A stretch of DNA of 50,908 nt from Nitrospinota bacterium (GTDB lineage Bacteria > UBA8248), in the NCBI GenBank assembly GCA_046581755.1, contig JAYGFR010000041.1:1-50908 (forward strand), given 5' to 3'. This document shows positions 49,547 through 50,908 of the stretch, one piece after another (positions within the stretch are counted from its first letter, which is position 1; every line of letters starts with the position of its first letter). The notes under the pieces are model-generated. The model searched no databases. It had not been told where the DNA came from and saw nothing but the letters and a program-made list of their open reading frames with translations. The position numbers were made by a program, and so were the translations under genes.

Positions 49547-49680
49547 TCCCTCACCCTAACCCTCTCCCGGTGGGAGAGGGAACCCTTAACTCCTTCTCCC
49601 TCCGGGGGAAGGGTGGGATGGGGGAATGGATAGTATGAAGGAAAAAGAATCGCCCCCCGGGGGAAGGGCGAGATGGGGGA
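49547..49680. repeat. BoxC-like dispersed palindromic repeat cluster
   Basis: CCCTCACCCTAACCCTCTCCC-GGT-GGGAGAGGG followed by two CCCYCCGGGGGAAGGGYGRGATGGGGG units. Confidence 0.7.
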
Positions 49681-49738
49681 AATGGTTGCCTAACAAAAAA
49701 AATCCAAACCAAGGGGTTAAGTGAAAAAGCGCCAAGGG

Positions 49739-50908
49739 TTATCTCGAAGCCTTCGCGCATCGAAATCCGGCGTAGACGATGAGCCTGAAGAGCAGGTTGA
49801 GCCCGCCCCGGTTCGCAGCCCGGAAGCTCCCCGTAGCACCGTAGCGCCAGGAGCCCCCCCGGAGAACACGCAGTCTTCCCGTATCGGGTCCTTTGGAATT
49901 TCTTTCAGGCGTGTTCCGGTAGTAATCCTTCCCGTACCGGTCGTTCACCCACTCCCAGACATTTCCGGCCATGTCCACCGCGCCGTAGGGGCTCGCGTGG
50001 GTGTTGTATGTCCGGTCCACGGGATGGGTCTTGTTTCCGATATTGACCCTATAGATGATCTTAGAGCCGTCCCAGGTGTTGCCCCAGGGAAATTTCCGCC
50101 CGTCCGTCCCGCGCGCGGCTTTTTCCCATTCGGCCTCGGTCGGGAGGCGTTTGCCCACCTTTCCGCAATAGGCCTTCGCCTGATGCCAGGTCACGCCGAC
50201 GACGGGCTGGCTGGACCCATTGAATTTTGAACCGTGGTCTTTTTCAGGCCTCATCCCCGAAGCGCGGAATCGCGCGTTCGTGACCGGGTACTTGTCGATG
50301 TAAAAACCGTCGAGATTAACTTGCCGCCGCGGTTTTTCGTCGCTATACCATTCTCGCTTGCAATGGCTGCATTCCCTGAGAATATCGTCGATATCCCACT
50401 CTGAAGTTCCCATGATGAACCACCCAGCGGAGACGTAGACCATCGGCGCGCCGTCTTTGCCGGTGATTTGTTTGGGGTAGCGCTTTCCGCCCGGCATGTA
50501 GGTGGCTTCGCGGCGGGGCGCGGGTTTTTCCGTGGCCGTGGCCTGGCTTTCAGGCGGTCTTCCTGTTCCTTGAGCTTCGCGATTTCCTCACGAAGCACTT
50601 TGGTCCTCTTGGCCTTCTCCAAACGCCGCTTTCTCTCCACAAGCTCCCGCTCCAGCCGGGCAATATTGCCAAAGCCGCCGCCGGAGGCCGGGGCGGGTGC
50701 TTCGGCATGCGGCGCCGGGCTGGCATCTTGCACCTCGATCTTGACGACGTAGCGGTAGAAGTTTTTAAAAATGGCCCGGGAGGTCAGGCGCTTTTGTTTT
50801 TTCGCCACCCGGATCGAAAACCGGCGGGTGAGTTTGGCCTGACCGAGAGCGAGAGCCGCCGCCGATATCTTTGTGCCAAAACGCACCGCCTCTACCCCCC
50901 GCCGCACG
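49739..50908 (-). CDS. Multidomain protein with coiled coil and C-terminal FGE-sulfatase/SUMF1 (CLec-fold) domain; 5' end outside the window; 1-nt frameshift near 50525
   Basis: F.MG, DEKP...V.LDGFYIDKYPVTN, QPVVGVTW..A.AYC, RLPTEAEWEKAARG, DMAGNVWEWV, RVLRGGSW...GFRC. Adding one A in the A5 run joins it to the upstream coiled-coil frame (PRKKPAPRREATYMPGG). Confidence 0.85.

Overview
GC-rich chromosomal window, roughly 60-65% GC by eye, from a diderm bacterium. The gene order (tig-clpP-clpX-lon; thrS-infC-rpmI-rplT-pheST; zapB-zapA-6S RNA-ygfA-rny-ymdB) resembles Nitrospinota/deltaproteobacteria-like lineages, which is an inference. Bases 1-12.3 kb are accessory catabolic genes (DMT transporter, CMD-like protein, ThDP enzyme, D-2-hydroxyacid dehydrogenase, enoyl-CoA hydratase, CoA-transferase III, amidohydrolase, MetE-like protein) plus ftsH and a GT4 glycosyltransferase. 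Bases 12.5-47.1 kb are mostly housekeeping genes, with tRNA-Leu(TAG), tRNA-Val(GAC) and 6S RNA. The last 3.8 kb is the most unusual part. (i) An FGE/SUMF1 (C-type-lectin-fold) gene ends in what looks like a diversity-generating-retroelement variable region, with no RT or template repeat in the window. (ii) An AT-rich ~122-bp tandem duplication carries paired NrdR-box-like sites, a palindromic operator and sigma70- and sigma28-like promoters, in front of an orphan ORF. (iii) A second orphan ORF has a near-consensus sigma28 promoter. (iv) A lipoprotein alpha/beta-hydrolase has an apparently dead catalytic triad. A frameshifted MazG-like pyrophosphatase, largely missed by the ORF track, lies directly upstream of folE2. 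Five apparent frameshifts all fall in the flanking accessory regions and may be assembly errors. No CRISPR array, rRNA, integrase or transposase was seen.
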